From contig CAVSJV010000017.1 in NCBI GenBank assembly GCA_963728405.1, forward strand, positions 160,001-224,000: a DNA stretch of 64,000 nucleotides, written 5' to 3'. The DNA is from Methanomassiliicoccaceae archaeon. GTDB lineage: Archaea > Thermoplasmatota > Thermoplasmata > Methanomassiliicoccales > Methanomassiliicoccaceae. Below the pieces are notes generated by a model. That model was not told the origin of the DNA, searched no databases, and saw only the letters and a program-made list of their open reading frames with translations. This document shows, piece after piece, positions 21,941 through 31,766 of the stretch. The translations under genes and the position numbers were made by a program. Position 1 is the first letter of the stretch; each line of letters begins with the position of its first letter.

Positions 21941-22633
21941 TTAGATGGAACCGTCCCGGTAGCCTATGACGTTATGGGTCCCGTCGCATAACGGCTTGTT
22001 ATGGGACCTACCGCACCGGCACAGGGTCACTCGGTTCCTTAGCTCGTATTCGTGACCATCGGCCGATTCGATCGGCACCCCGCCTTTGACCCACAATGGC
22101 CCGCTTATTCCTTTGCCCGGGTCCCCGGTCACGCTGATGCTCTTCTCGAACGGTGGCTCGATCGGCGTTCCCTCCTTCTCGCAGGCGACCAGCCTACCGG
22201 ACGGGCACTGGCCGGCCACCTCGATGGCCCGTTCTCTCTTCTCCGGATCATCTGAAGCGGCTATCAGGCTACGCGCCCCTCCGGCACGGTGACAGAACTG
22301 CGCCCCCATGCAGAGATCTTTGTTGTCGGTCATGTCGAGGGTGGCGCCCTTGACCAGGGTGGTCCGCTCAAGGTATGGACGGCGGCTGGCCGTTTCCGTA
22401 CCATCGAATCCCTTCTTTCCGTGGGTTCCGTCGCAGTAGGGAGCGTTCTGGGTACGACCGCACCGGCACAGGGCAAAGGTCTCCTGCTCTGGGAAGGAAC
22501 CGATCGTCCGCCATTCCTCAGGTGTGCCGTCCTTATCCCTAACGACGATCTCCTTGATCAGTGGAACCTTCCCGGTGACGATGTAGGGGCCATCCTTGGT
22601 GACCTTGATCCTCGCATCCTTCTTAGCCGCCAT
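21941..22633 (-). CDS. CDGSH-type iron-sulfur protein (two CDGSH domains plus a divergent 4Fe-4S domain)
   Basis: LCRCGRTQNAPYCDGTH and LCRCGRSHNKPLCDGTH; LCMGAQFC...QCPSGRL. Confidence 0.88.
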   Translation of the reverse strand: MAAKKDARIKVTKDGPYIVTGKVPLIKEIVVRDKDGTPEEWRTIGSFPEQETFALCRCGRTQNAPYCDGTHGKKGFDGTETASRRPYLERTTLVKGATLDMTDNKDLCMGAQFCHRAGGARSLIAASDDPEKRERAIEVAGQCPSGRLVACEKEGTPIEPPFEKSISVTGDPGKGISGPLWVKGGVPIESADGHEYELRNRVTLCRCGRSHNKPLCDGTHNVIGYRDGSI

Positions 22634-22819
22634 GTTCCTCAGCCATCCTTTATCATCACAGAGGTAAAGGACGACATATTGTTTTGCCCAGAAGAGGGTC
22701 GAAGCGAGCTTTGGTTCAATAAAAATTAAAAGGTTTGGCCGAGCCCCTTCCCGCGGCATGATCGGGGGTTTGGACCGCTCAAGCGATGAACGAAGCCCGG
22801 CCTTCTAGAGCGCTCTACT

Positions 22820-24550
22820 TCACTTTTTCTTCTTCGATACCATCAGATACGCGCCGACCAGGGCTATCGATGCGGCCAAGGCCCCGATGACCAGTAGGGC
22901 ATCGGAACCCCCGCCCAGCACGTACCCGCTCGACTTGGAGACGGGGGCGTTCTGCGTTGCGGTCGGACTGGTCACGGTGGAGGACCTGCCCCCGCCGAAC
23001 ACGGCCTTGAACCAGTCGGACAGCCAGGACCAGACGTTCCTGGGCTGGCTGATGGTCGGATTGGACTTGGTGCTCCCGTCGGTGGTGTTCCCGGCCGTAT
23101 TGCCGCCAGTACCTCCGGTTGTTCCCCCGGTGGTGTTGTCCCCGGTGGTAGTATCGCCGCCGTTGACGGGTGGGATGGGGGGCGTGGGAGCGGAGGCCAC
23201 GACCAGAGTATAGTTCTGATATATGGTCCGTCCGTCCGATGATCTCTCGGCGATCCGTACGCTGAACGACCCGGCCTTATCGGGGGTGCCCGACACCAAG
23301 CCTGAGGAGGTGGACAGGAACCCGGCGTCGGTGGACAGCGTCAGGGTGCACGAGATCGAAGTGGTCGGCGTATAGGCGTACACGCTCCCGACCGTGGCGG
23401 TGGCCACTGGGCTGGAGGTGAACTTCAGCTCCGCTGGGGTGGGGGTTGGGGTCGGAGGCGTGTACTGGTCCGGCAATAGGCCGCCCGTATATGGGTAGCC
23501 TGAGGTCCCGGTCAGGACCATGGGGGCGATGGCCTGTCCGCCTGCAGCCCATATGGTCTGCTCACCGAAAGTGTACCTGGTCAGTGGGTAGACCCCATTG
23601 TAGGCCAGCTCACCCCAGTAGAGAGGCTTGCCATCCTGCTTGGCCCAGTTTTCCGGGTCCGTGAACAGGTAGGCGTTGCTCGCTCCGGTGGCCGAGGCAT
23701 AGTAGTGACGGTGGAGGATCTCGAAACCCCCCTTGCCGGTCGCTAGATCGAAGTCTGCCTGCCCCCAGCCGAATAGGTTGCCCAGTCCGGCCACGCCCAT
23801 GGTCCTCGGGTGGGTGGACGCACCGGCCGTGGCCGTTGCGACCGCATTCTCCCAGGTGTTGAACCTGACCTTGTCCCCTTGCCAGTAATTATTGGCGACG
23901 TTATTGTGGTCTGGCTCGTTGAACAGGTCGTACATGGCGATGGCGTTCTGGCCCTCCAGGGCGGCCATTGTGTCCCGACAGTAGGCAACATATCGGGAGA
24001 AGGAGCTGCTCGATGGGTCAAAGACCGTACCCGAGCCCCCATAGCTATAGGTGGGATACTCTTGGGAACCGGCCAGCACGAAGCATATCCAAACTCCGTT
24101 CTTCTCAGCCTGCGCACACATCGTCTTCAGGAAGGATATGTAGGCGTCATGATGGTTCAGCCAGGCCTCGTATTGCAGGCCGGACCCCCATTGGTCCCCC
24201 GCTCCGAGCCTCACCAGATTGCAATTATAGTAGGCGTTCAGTGCAAAGTACTGATGCCAGAACTGCTCGGCGGTGGCGTGGTACGGAATGTACCCCTGGC
24301 CGGAGGTGTCCGGTCCATTGAGCTGGCTGGTCTTGCCAGCCACGCTCATGTCGCCGTTGATGTATGCCATGATGGCGAACTGCAGGGCAGTGGTCTCCAC
24401 CACACCGATGAACTTCTGGGTGGGCACCGCGCCGTTGACGAGAATATTTGTTCCAGATACGGTAACTCGACCATAGGTCGTGGCGGCCGAGGCGGACGGG
24501 GCAGAGTAAATGATCAATGCCCCCGGCAGTAGCAGGGCGAGCGCCGCCAT
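22820..24550 (-). CDS. Secreted, C-terminally membrane-anchored clan GH-A (GH5-like) glycoside hydrolase with an Ig-like domain (start may extend to CTG 24583)
   Basis: Signal peptide; NLVRL, LFNEP, HRHYY, YWGE; PTPTPTP linker; LKFTSSP..Y.YTP..GLVSGTP..AG Ig motif; G/T-rich linker; TM helix plus KKKK. Confidence 0.75.
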   Translation of the reverse strand: MAALALLLPGALIIYSAPSASAATTYGRVTVSGTNILVNGAVPTQKFIGVVETTALQFAIMAYINGDMSVAGKTSQLNGPDTSGQGYIPYHATAEQFWHQYFALNAYYNCNLVRLGAGDQWGSGLQYEAWLNHHDAYISFLKTMCAQAEKNGVWICFVLAGSQEYPTYSYGGSGTVFDPSSSSFSRYVAYCRDTMAALEGQNAIAMYDLFNEPDHNNVANNYWQGDKVRFNTWENAVATATAGASTHPRTMGVAGLGNLFGWGQADFDLATGKGGFEILHRHYYASATGASNAYLFTDPENWAKQDGKPLYWGELAYNGVYPLTRYTFGEQTIWAAGGQAIAPMVLTGTSGYPYTGGLLPDQYTPPTPTPTPAELKFTSSPVATATVGSVYAYTPTTSISCTLTLSTDAGFLSTSSGLVSGTPDKAGSFSVRIAERSSDGRTIYQNYTLVVASAPTPPIPPVNGGDTTTGDNTTGGTTGGTGGNTAGNTTDGSTKSNPTISQPRNVWSWLSDWFKAVFGGGRSSTVTSPTATQNAPVSKSSGYVLGGGSDALLVIGALAASIALVGAYLMVSKKKK

Positions 24551-24774
24551 AGCTACCGCTAGCTTATGTATATGATTTCTCAGTTCTCATCCCTCACGAC
24601 AGTTAGGCCGGCGACCGGGGTCGGGAGTACTTTATATTTTGCTCTAAAAAACCGTGATAATCAAAGCAGCCAGTTCATCCGTAATAAATAAGAATTATAT
24701 ATTTTACGAACGCAAAGTTTACAGCGATAAAACACCTGATCGATACCGCCTTCAGCGACAAATATCGACATCCA

Positions 24775-25845
24775 TCAGTGTTTTCGAGATCCGACCATTG
24801 TTAAAAGATAGATCCTTGCCTTGTGCATCTCCACCTCCCAGGTCGGAAGGGTATCGAACCTTTGCCGGGCGGCCTGGGACATTGCCTGCCAACGGGCCCG
24901 GTCATCATTAAGCCCCAGGAGATGGGCAGAGATCGCTTTATAATCCCCCGGTCCGACCAGGAAGCCTTCCCGTCCATGGGTGATCACCTCTCCCGCTCCT
25001 CCGGAAGCTGGCGCTATGACCGGCAGCCCGCGGGCCAGGGCCTCCACGAACACCAGCCCATAACCCTCATGAACCGAGGGAACGGCCAGAACGTGGCATC
25101 GATCCATGATCTCATCTCGCTCCCGGTCCGACGATCGCCCGTGGAACTCTACCTCGCTGGTAAGGTCCCATCGAACGAGCATACTCCGTATCGTTTGGCA
25201 ATAGTCCTGATCGAGGGGGGCCCCGACCACCTCCAACCGAAATTCGCCCCGGGGCAGCGAGTTCAACGCCCTCACCAGGACATCCAGCCCCTTGTGCGGC
25301 AGGATGTTTCCCAGGTAGATTATCGTTAATGGTCCCGGTCGAGCCTGTCCTTCTTTTTCCCGTGCCTTGATGTGCTCCCTTCCCGGATGAGCCACCACTC
25401 CATCGGCATGGGGAACGATCTCCTGGACCGACCGTCGAGTAGCCTCGCTGTTGAAAATGAAACCGTCAAGATCATGGAGAAATCGCCGTTCCATCGCATG
25501 ATGCCGCAGGGCCTTTCCTCGGCAGGTCTCCGCCCGGCAGGCCAGATGGTGGACCATCCCCACCACAGGGTAGCTGACGTCCTTCTTCAGTCGCCCGTTC
25601 AGAAGACACAGCGACGGGTGGGCGAGTTCGTCCTCCACCAGCACATCGACGTCCAGGCCGCGAAGGCGCCGCAACAGTATGGGATCAAGGTTGTCCAACA
25701 CGCTCAGAGCGGGCGGACGAGGTCTGAGGCCTACGACCTCCACGTGGTCCCCGCTCTCCTCGAGATGCTTGACCAGCATGTGGTCGTACAGATATCCGCC
25801 GCTCTGGCCATCGAGGGAGCCGTAGATCACTAGGCCGACCTTCAA
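24775..25845 (-). CDS. Glycosyltransferase family 4
   Basis: SGGYLYD N-motif, LGNILPHKG, EGYGLVFVEA (Ex7E). Confidence 0.9.
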   Translation of the reverse strand: MKVGLVIYGSLDGQSGGYLYDHMLVKHLEESGDHVEVVGLRPRPPALSVLDNLDPILLRRLRGLDVDVLVEDELAHPSLCLLNGRLKKDVSYPVVGMVHHLACRAETCRGKALRHHAMERRFLHDLDGFIFNSEATRRSVQEIVPHADGVVAHPGREHIKAREKEGQARPGPLTIIYLGNILPHKGLDVLVRALNSLPRGEFRLEVVGAPLDQDYCQTIRSMLVRWDLTSEVEFHGRSSDRERDEIMDRCHVLAVPSVHEGYGLVFVEALARGLPVIAPASGGAGEVITHGREGFLVGPGDYKAISAHLLGLNDDRARWQAMSQAARQRFDTLPTWEVEMHKARIYLLTMVGSRKH

Positions 25846-26228
25846 TGGCCGAGCCCCTGCTCAAAGCTGGCCCAGGCATCATCATCTTCCCAGATCCTGA
25901 CGGCCAACCGGTCCACCATGGGTGCATCCAAAGATACCGACAACCGGAGCCAGATGACCCGGGCCAGATTCTCCAGGGAAGGTACCGCGCTCAAGAAATC
26001 GACCATCTCGTTCATGCAACGGTCCCGATACAGGTCCAGGATCGTGGAGAGCGATTCCTTTAGAGCGCTTATGTCCACCAGGTAGCCCATATCGTCGACC
26101 CCGCTCCCCTGAGCGATGACCTCCACCAGATAATTGTGGGCATGCTCTTCCTGCTCTCCGGGCGAAGCGTCCGGAAGGCGGTGGCGTGATGTCATCCTCA
26201 TGCTGACCCCGGTCTTGTACGTGCTCAT
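25842..26228 (-). CDS. 6-pyruvoyl-tetrahydropterin synthase / QueD-like (COG0720) protein
   Basis: H-x12-HAH Zn triad, GYLVDI, PSLENLA, IWE; no catalytic Cys. Confidence 0.85.
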   Translation of the reverse strand: MSTYKTGVSMRMTSRHRLPDASPGEQEEHAHNYLVEVIAQGSGVDDMGYLVDISALKESLSTILDLYRDRCMNEMVDFLSAVPSLENLARVIWLRLSVSLDAPMVDRLAVRIWEDDDAWASFEQGLGH

Positions 26229-27244
26229 CCCTCCTGATAATCCAGAAGAATCTGGATCGCTGCCCGTCCGCCCTCATCCAGAAATCGATAGGCGCTCGCC
26301 GCATTGGATATCTTGAACCGGTGGGTCACCAAACGCGCCGGACGGACCATCCCGATCAGCTTCCAAGCCACCCCCAGTCGCCGGGACTTGGACCAGCGGC
26401 CGGACAGGCTGCCGTCGATACGGCTGACCTGGCTGCTGATGATCCGCAGGCGGTTTCGATGGAAGTCACCACCCAGGCAGGTCCTCATCTCCTTGTTCCC
26501 GTACCATGAGCCGACCACGATCCGACCTTCCATGCCGGTGAGATGGGTGGCATATTCCAATGCCGCCGGTTCTCCGCTCAGCTCGAACACCAGGTCGGCC
26601 TTCACCTCGGTCAGGCCGGAGGCCTCCAGGAACCGGCTCACATCGACCGATGGGTCCAAGCAATGGTCTGCGCCCATCTCCATCGAGCGTTCCCTGCGCA
26701 AAGGGTAGCGGTCAGCCGTGACCAGGTTCGTTAACGGCATCCTGGCGAGGACAGAGGTGGTCAGCAGGCCGATCACGCCCTGCCCGAGGACGACCACGTT
26801 CTCACCCACCAGAGGAGCGGCGTCCATGACCAGGGAGAGGGCGGTCTCCATGCTCGGCAGGAAGAGGGCATCCTCGTCGCTAACTCCGGGCGGTATGGCC
26901 ACCGCTTCAGACAGGGGGATGGTAAACTCGCTCTCGTGACTATGGAAGCAAAAGACCCGCTTCCCGACCCACGCACAGGACACTCCTTCTCCGGCAGCTA
27001 CGACCTCTCCCACGGTAGCATATCCGTACTTGAACGGGTGGGCGAACGAGCCCCCTAGGGATGATATGGTCGTGTCCAGCCTGGTGCCTTGCTCCAACTG
27101 TCCACGGTAAAGTAGCATCTCGGTGCCCGCGCTGATGGCCGAGAGCAAGCTCCGTATCAGGACCTCACCCTCTTTAGGCTCGGGAACGTTCTCCTGCAGG
27201 ACCTGGACCTCTCGGGGGGCGGTGAAATACAATGAACGACGCAT
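26225..27244 (-). CDS. Zinc-binding-ADH-like (MDR) oxidoreductase
   Basis: SAISAGTE, P.KYGY..VG, VVLGQGVIG Rossmann, GSWYG, FHRNRL.IISSQV. Confidence 0.88.
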   Translation of the reverse strand: MRRSLYFTAPREVQVLQENVPEPKEGEVLIRSLLSAISAGTEMLLYRGQLEQGTRLDTTISSLGGSFAHPFKYGYATVGEVVAAGEGVSCAWVGKRVFCFHSHESEFTIPLSEAVAIPPGVSDEDALFLPSMETALSLVMDAAPLVGENVVVLGQGVIGLLTTSVLARMPLTNLVTADRYPLRRERSMEMGADHCLDPSVDVSRFLEASGLTEVKADLVFELSGEPAALEYATHLTGMEGRIVVGSWYGNKEMRTCLGGDFHRNRLRIISSQVSRIDGSLSGRWSKSRRLGVAWKLIGMVRPARLVTHRFKISNAASAYRFLDEGGRAAIQILLDYQEG

Positions 27245-27366
27245 CCTTCATCCTCAGCCCCATTGACAAGGCAACAGGATAGGCATGAAATTATCTGACC
27301 AGGGGTGTCCCAGCGGAGAGATGGAAATCAACACATTTATGTTAGGTCGAGGGCATGAGGACACCC

Positions 27367-27558
27367 ATGGCCGGACTGGTGGAGGACGTCAGGACCCGGT
27401 GTCTCTGGCATACCGACGACGGACGGTGCTCCAACTGCAAGGCCCGCCGCATCAGGAACGATGTCCTAAAGATGAGCGACTACGAGAACTGTGTGAAGGA
27501 CCGGGACTACTCCGGCTGCGAGTTCTTCGTAGAAAAGCCCCTGCCGCCCAAGAAGTGA
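27367..27558 (+). CDS. Small Cys-rich hypothetical protein (63 aa)
   Basis: MAGLVEDVRTRCLWHTDDGRCSNCK...NCVKDRDYSGCEFF; GAGG RBS; 7 bp before the HEAT gene. Confidence 0.6.
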   Translation: MAGLVEDVRTRCLWHTDDGRCSNCKARRIRNDVLKMSDYENCVKDRDYSGCEFFVEKPLPPKK

Positions 27559-27565
27559 ACTCTCC

Positions 27566-28111
27566 ATGACCGCGGACGATATGCTGGCATTGCTGGAAAG
27601 GCTGCTGGTCACCGAGAGCCGACCGGGAGCGCTGGACGCGCTGGAACTCCTATCTCGAGAGAACAAGGCCGACGGTAGGGCGGTCGCCTGTCTCATGCCC
27701 ATCCTCCATGCTCCCGGACTGGAGGACCGGAGGAGAGCGTCCTGGCTCATGGGCAAGCTGGCCCAGAACAAGGTGGAGACGTTCTGGCCCCTGGAGGAAC
27801 TGAACGGCCTCCTGCATGACGACGATCCCGAGGTGAGGGAGAATGCGGCCTGGGCCATCGGGGAGCTGACCGGCCAGCGGATCGGAACGCTAGGGAGCAT
27901 CGAGCACCTGAACCACTTGCTGAGCGACGACATTCCGAGCGTGAGGGGCATGGCGGCGTGGGCGCTGGGCCGCATAGCCGAGAGGTTAGAACTGGGCTTT
28001 CTCACCTCGATAGAACCGTTGACCGAGCTGACCGAGGACCGGTTCGAGAGCGTACGCCGCAGCGCCGTCTACGCACTCGAGCGGCTGGCCGCACTGGGCA
28101 TAAAAGAGTGA
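27566..28111 (+). CDS. HEAT/PBS-lyase repeat protein
   Basis: Repeats LLHDDDPEVRENAAWAIG, LLSDDIPSVRGMAAWALG, LTEDRFESVRRSAVYAL. Confidence 0.85.
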   Translation: MTADDMLALLERLLVTESRPGALDALELLSRENKADGRAVACLMPILHAPGLEDRRRASWLMGKLAQNKVETFWPLEELNGLLHDDDPEVRENAAWAIGELTGQRIGTLGSIEHLNHLLSDDIPSVRGMAAWALGRIAERLELGFLTSIEPLTELTEDRFESVRRSAVYALERLAALGIKE

Positions 28112-28244
28112 TGTCCAGATCATAGTACTCGGAGCCTTTTTAGGAAAATCATTTTCGATTTCTAGACCGTGTTTTTATATATTAGTCTGCCGCGCTCAGA
28201 AGCTCAGCAAGGTGCGATAGGCATCATCATCGGAGAGATCAGCA

Positions 28245-28391
28245 ATGAGCGCGAGAGTTTACGACCATCAGCCGAGCATGATCAGCATCGAGAGAATGAA
28301 GCTCCCCCAGCGCCAGGCGTCCAAGGTAAGGGTACCCTTGAAGATACGCGAAGCCTCTATCGAGCTGAGCGGCACCCCCATGCTCCAGTAA
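28245..28391 (+). CDS. 48-aa small ORF absent from the ORF track
   Basis: MSARVYDHQPSMISIERMKLPQRQASKVRVPLKIREASIELSGTPMLQ; GGAGAG RBS; TTTTTATATAT box near 28171; mostly G/C third positions. Confidence 0.6.
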   Translation: MSARVYDHQPSMISIERMKLPQRQASKVRVPLKIREASIELSGTPMLQ

Positions 28392-28410
28392 ATTACGTAA
28401 CGAGAATTCA

Positions 28411-28770
28411 TCATTCGACTTCTTTGAGCCTGGCGTATGCCGTCAGGAAATCATCATGGGCCTCCTGGCCGGCCGATCCGATATGGGCCAGCATCTTCTC
28501 GAGCAATGGTCCGAACGAGGGTTCGAGGCATTCGCTGGAGCCATCCGGTGACAGCGTGGCCACCAGTTTCGGAGGCGGTCCCAAATTCCATATCTCGAAC
28601 GATGGCCTCACCATCGGTCCGGCCCATCCAGATGCACGACGCGGGGGATCGATCCTCCTTAGCTCAAGGTGGTCAAGGACCTGGGCACCCTCGAGCACAT
28701 CGTGAAAAGCGCTCGGCGTGGCCTCCACGCGCGCACGGCGCATCTCCTCGTACTGCGGCGGCAGCACCAT
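28411..28770 (-). CDS. Hypothetical protein
   Basis: Open frame MVLPPQYEEMRR... with host-like codon bias; no motif recognised. Confidence 0.55.
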   Translation of the reverse strand: MVLPPQYEEMRRARVEATPSAFHDVLEGAQVLDHLELRRIDPPRRASGWAGPMVRPSFEIWNLGPPPKLVATLSPDGSSECLEPSFGPLLEKMLAHIGSAGQEAHDDFLTAYARLKEVE

Positions 28771-28864
28771 GGAGCAACGGAACGGCCTGCGTTGGCAAAT
28801 AGCTACCGACGGCGGGGCCATTTTTTAATATCACTGTTCATCATTGGGCTTGAGAGGCTGACGG

Positions 28865-29747
28865 ATGATGAACGATCGGAAGGTCACCATAGGGCTCGTC
28901 CAGATGAGCATGTCAGAGGACCCTGAGGGAAACCTCCGCAAGGCGGTACGAATGATCGGCGAGGCCTCCGAGCGCGGGGCCCAGATCGTCTGTCTGCCTG
29001 AGCTGTTCACCACCACCTACTTCCCCCAGTACGACACCGTCGACGGAAGGCGAAGGGAGCGTGCCCCTCATGAGACCGTCCCCGGGCCTACCACCGACAC
29101 ATTGTCCAGGGCGGCCGCCCGGTCCCAGGTCATCCTGGTGGGCGGCTCCATCTATGAACGGGACGGGGAGAGGTTCTTCAACACCGCTCCAGTATTCGAC
29201 CAGGGCGGCCGCATGCTCGGTCGCTACAGAAAGACCCATATCCCTCATGATGAGCACTTCTACGAGCAATCCTATTTCGAACCGGGCGACACGGGCTTCC
29301 AGGTATACGCCACCGACCGGGGCCGCATCGGGGTCATGATCTGCTATGATCAATGGTACCCGGAAGCGGCCCGCATGAACGCGCTGAAGGGCGCAGAGAT
29401 GGTCTTTTACCCCACCGCCATCGGCAAGGTCGAGGGCATAGAGCAGCAGGAGGGCGACTGGCAGCAGGCCTGGGAGAACGTCATGCGCGGCCATGCCATA
29501 GCCAACGGCATGGTGGTCGCGGCGTGCAATCGTGTCGGGGCTGAGGATAAGATGGAGTTCTGGGGCGGCAGCTTCGTGATCGACGCTTTCGGCAAGACCC
29601 TGGCCCGAGGCTCCGATCGGGAAGAGGTCGTGCTGGCGACGGTCGACCTGGAGCATGGAGAGAACTGTCAGGAAAGGCTGGAGGTTCTTCCCCAACCGCC
29701 GGCCGGAATGCTATTCACAGCTTGTAGAGCGTACCAAGCAGAGATGA
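28865..29747 (+). CDS. aguB: N-carbamoylputrescine amidase (CN hydrolase); indel at ~29666
   Basis: LPELF, YRKTHIP, ICYDQWYPE (E-K-C triad), PTAIG; corrected tail W.FF.NRRPECY; adjacent to agmatine deiminase. Confidence 0.88.
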
Positions 29748-29762
29748 TCCGGAGCGATTGAC

Positions 29763-30836
29763 ATGGAAAAGACGACCCCTAGGTCCCTCGGTTATTACAT
29801 GCCGGCCGAATGGGCCAAGCACGACGCCACCTGGCTGTCCTGGCCCAAGAACCCCCTGACCTTCCCGGACGGTGTCCTGGACGGCGTGGAGAAGGTGTAC
29901 CTCCAGATGATCGCCGCCCTTAGCAGGGGGGAGATGGTCAAGGTCCTGGTGGACGACCAGGAGACCGGCGACCGGGTCCGCAAGCTCCTCCAGGGCACCG
30001 ACGCCGTCGTGGAGAACGTCATCCTGCCCCAGATCAAGAGCTCGGACGTGTGGGTCCGCGATTACGGCCCGACCTTCCTGTTGAACGAAAAGAAGCCCTG
30101 GAAGGCCGCGGTCAAGTGGAGGTTTAATGCTTGGGGCGGCAAGTACGACGATCTGATGTACGATGATATCGCCGGGGAAGAGGTTGTCCAGAACTCCAAG
30201 GTCAAGGTCTTCCGCCCAGGCATCGTGATGGAGGGCGGCTCCATCGATGTCAACGGCCGCGGGGTGGTCCTCACCACCGAACAGTGCCTGCTCAACAAGA
30301 ACCGCAACCCCCAGCTGACCAGGGATGACCTCGAGGCCTACCTTGAGCAGTACCTCAACATAACCTCGGTGGTCTGGCTTAAGTCCGGGATCGAGGGCGA
30401 CGATACCGACGGACATGTCGACGACTTCGCCCGTTTCGTGAACGCCGACACAGTGGTGTGCGCGCATTCGGAGACCGGCGGAGGCCATAACCCTCAGGTC
30501 CTGCAGACCAACCTGGATATCCTTACCGCGTACCGGGACCAGATCGGTCGGGGTCTCAATGTTCTCAAGCTCCCCATGCCCGAGCCCATCCCCCTGCCTG
30601 AGGAGGAGCGGGTGCTGCCGGCGAGCTACGCCAACTTCTACATCGGCAACGAGGCAGTACTGGTGCCGGTGTTCGATGATCCCAGCGATCAGAAGGCGGT
30701 CCAGATGCTGAAGGACTGTTTCCGCGACCGCAGGATCGTACCCATCTACGCAAAGGACCTGGTCTATGGCTACGGCGGCTTCCATTGCGTCACTCAGCAG
30801 GAGCCGGCCATCGCCGTAAAGCAGCTGGGCGGTTGA
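29763..30836 (+). CDS. aguA: Agmatine deiminase
   Basis: MPAEW, W.RDYGP, FNAWGGK, EGGSI, DDTDGHVD, SYANF, GGFHCVTQQ. Confidence 0.93.
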   Translation: MEKTTPRSLGYYMPAEWAKHDATWLSWPKNPLTFPDGVLDGVEKVYLQMIAALSRGEMVKVLVDDQETGDRVRKLLQGTDAVVENVILPQIKSSDVWVRDYGPTFLLNEKKPWKAAVKWRFNAWGGKYDDLMYDDIAGEEVVQNSKVKVFRPGIVMEGGSIDVNGRGVVLTTEQCLLNKNRNPQLTRDDLEAYLEQYLNITSVVWLKSGIEGDDTDGHVDDFARFVNADTVVCAHSETGGGHNPQVLQTNLDILTAYRDQIGRGLNVLKLPMPEPIPLPEEERVLPASYANFYIGNEAVLVPVFDDPSDQKAVQMLKDCFRDRRIVPIYAKDLVYGYGGFHCVTQQEPAIAVKQLGG

Positions 30837-30914
30837 CGGGGCGACCTGACCGGACCTCGGGGCCACGGATGAAAAATCTCATATGGCCTGGCGGACCTGT
30901 GGTGGCTGATCGAT

Positions 30915-31766
30915 GTGACTCCGAGAGGTTCAAGACCAGATACTGATGCGGGCGATGTTCCTGAAGTGAGCGGACAGCGGCTGTCGGCCGTGTTCGAAAG
31001 CCTCCGGGAGCGGCGACCGCTGGTGCATCATATCACAAACTACGTGACGGTCAACGATTGTGCAAATGTCACCATGTTCATCGGCGCCGCCCCGGTCATG
31101 GCCGAAGCCCGTGAAGAGGTCGAGGAAATGGTCGGCATGGCCGGCGCCCTGGTGCTGAACATCGGCACACTGCGCCAGGAGCAGGTCGAATCCATGCTCA
31201 TCGCCGGCCGCCAGGCCAATCGCCTCAACATCCCCATCGTCCTGGACCCGGTCGGCGCAGGCGCCACCAGCTATCGGACCGAGGTGGCCAGGCAGCTGCT
31301 GATCGAGCTCCGCATCTCCGTCATCAAGGGCAACGCCGGCGAGATAGGCACACTGGCGGGGACCGGAGGAAAGGTCCGGGGAGTGGACTCGGACGGCCTG
31401 AACGGCGATCCTGCCACGGTCGCCACAGCGCTGGCCAAGAGCAGCGGGGCGGTGGTGGTCATGAGTGGACCGACCGATATCGTCACCGACGGGAGCCGGA
31501 CCATCCTGGTGGACAACGGCCACCGCCTCATGGGCCAGATCTCCGGGACAGGATGCATGGCCTCATCCATAGTGGGGGCGTTCGCCACTGCATCGCCCGA
31601 CCGCGTCATCTCGTCCGTCGCCGCACTGGCCGCCTTCGGCATCGCCGGTGAGCTGGCGGCCGAGAGGGCCTCCGCCCCCTACTCGTTCAAGCTGGCCCTT
31701 ATGGACCAGGTGGCCGCCATGACCCCGCCCGTTCTGGCCAGCCACGCCAAGGTGAGGTCGGCGTGA
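30915..31766 (+). CDS. thiM: Hydroxyethylthiazole kinase (start may be slightly downstream)
   Basis: [35 protein letters not shown]. Confidence 0.93.
   Translation: MTPRGSRPDTDAGDVPEVSGQRLSAVFESLRERRPLVHHITNYVTVNDCANVTMFIGAAPVMAEAREEVEEMVGMAGALVLNIGTLRQEQVESMLIAGRQANRLNIPIVLDPVGAGATSYRTEVARQLLIELRISVIKGNAGEIGTLAGTGGKVRGVDSDGLNGDPATVATALAKSSGAVVVMSGPTDIVTDGSRTILVDNGHRLMGQISGTGCMASSIVGAFATASPDRVISSVAALAAFGIAGELAAERASAPYSFKLALMDQVAAMTPPVLASHAKVRSA

Noticed and set aside
23085-23190. Short GGN/ACN repeats
   Set aside because: They encode the Gly/Thr/Pro linker of the GH5-like protein and are not a DNA repeat element
28180-28232. Box C/D sRNA on the minus strand (ATGATGA...CTGA)
   Set aside because: There is no convincing C' box and terminal D box spacing; the region is better explained as the leader of the 48-aa ORF
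29715-30866. Long antisense ORFs (also 2762..3628, 10820..11734, 16893..17789, 49265..50101)
   Set aside because: These are shadow frames of GC-rich genes that have clear family motifs on the opposite strand
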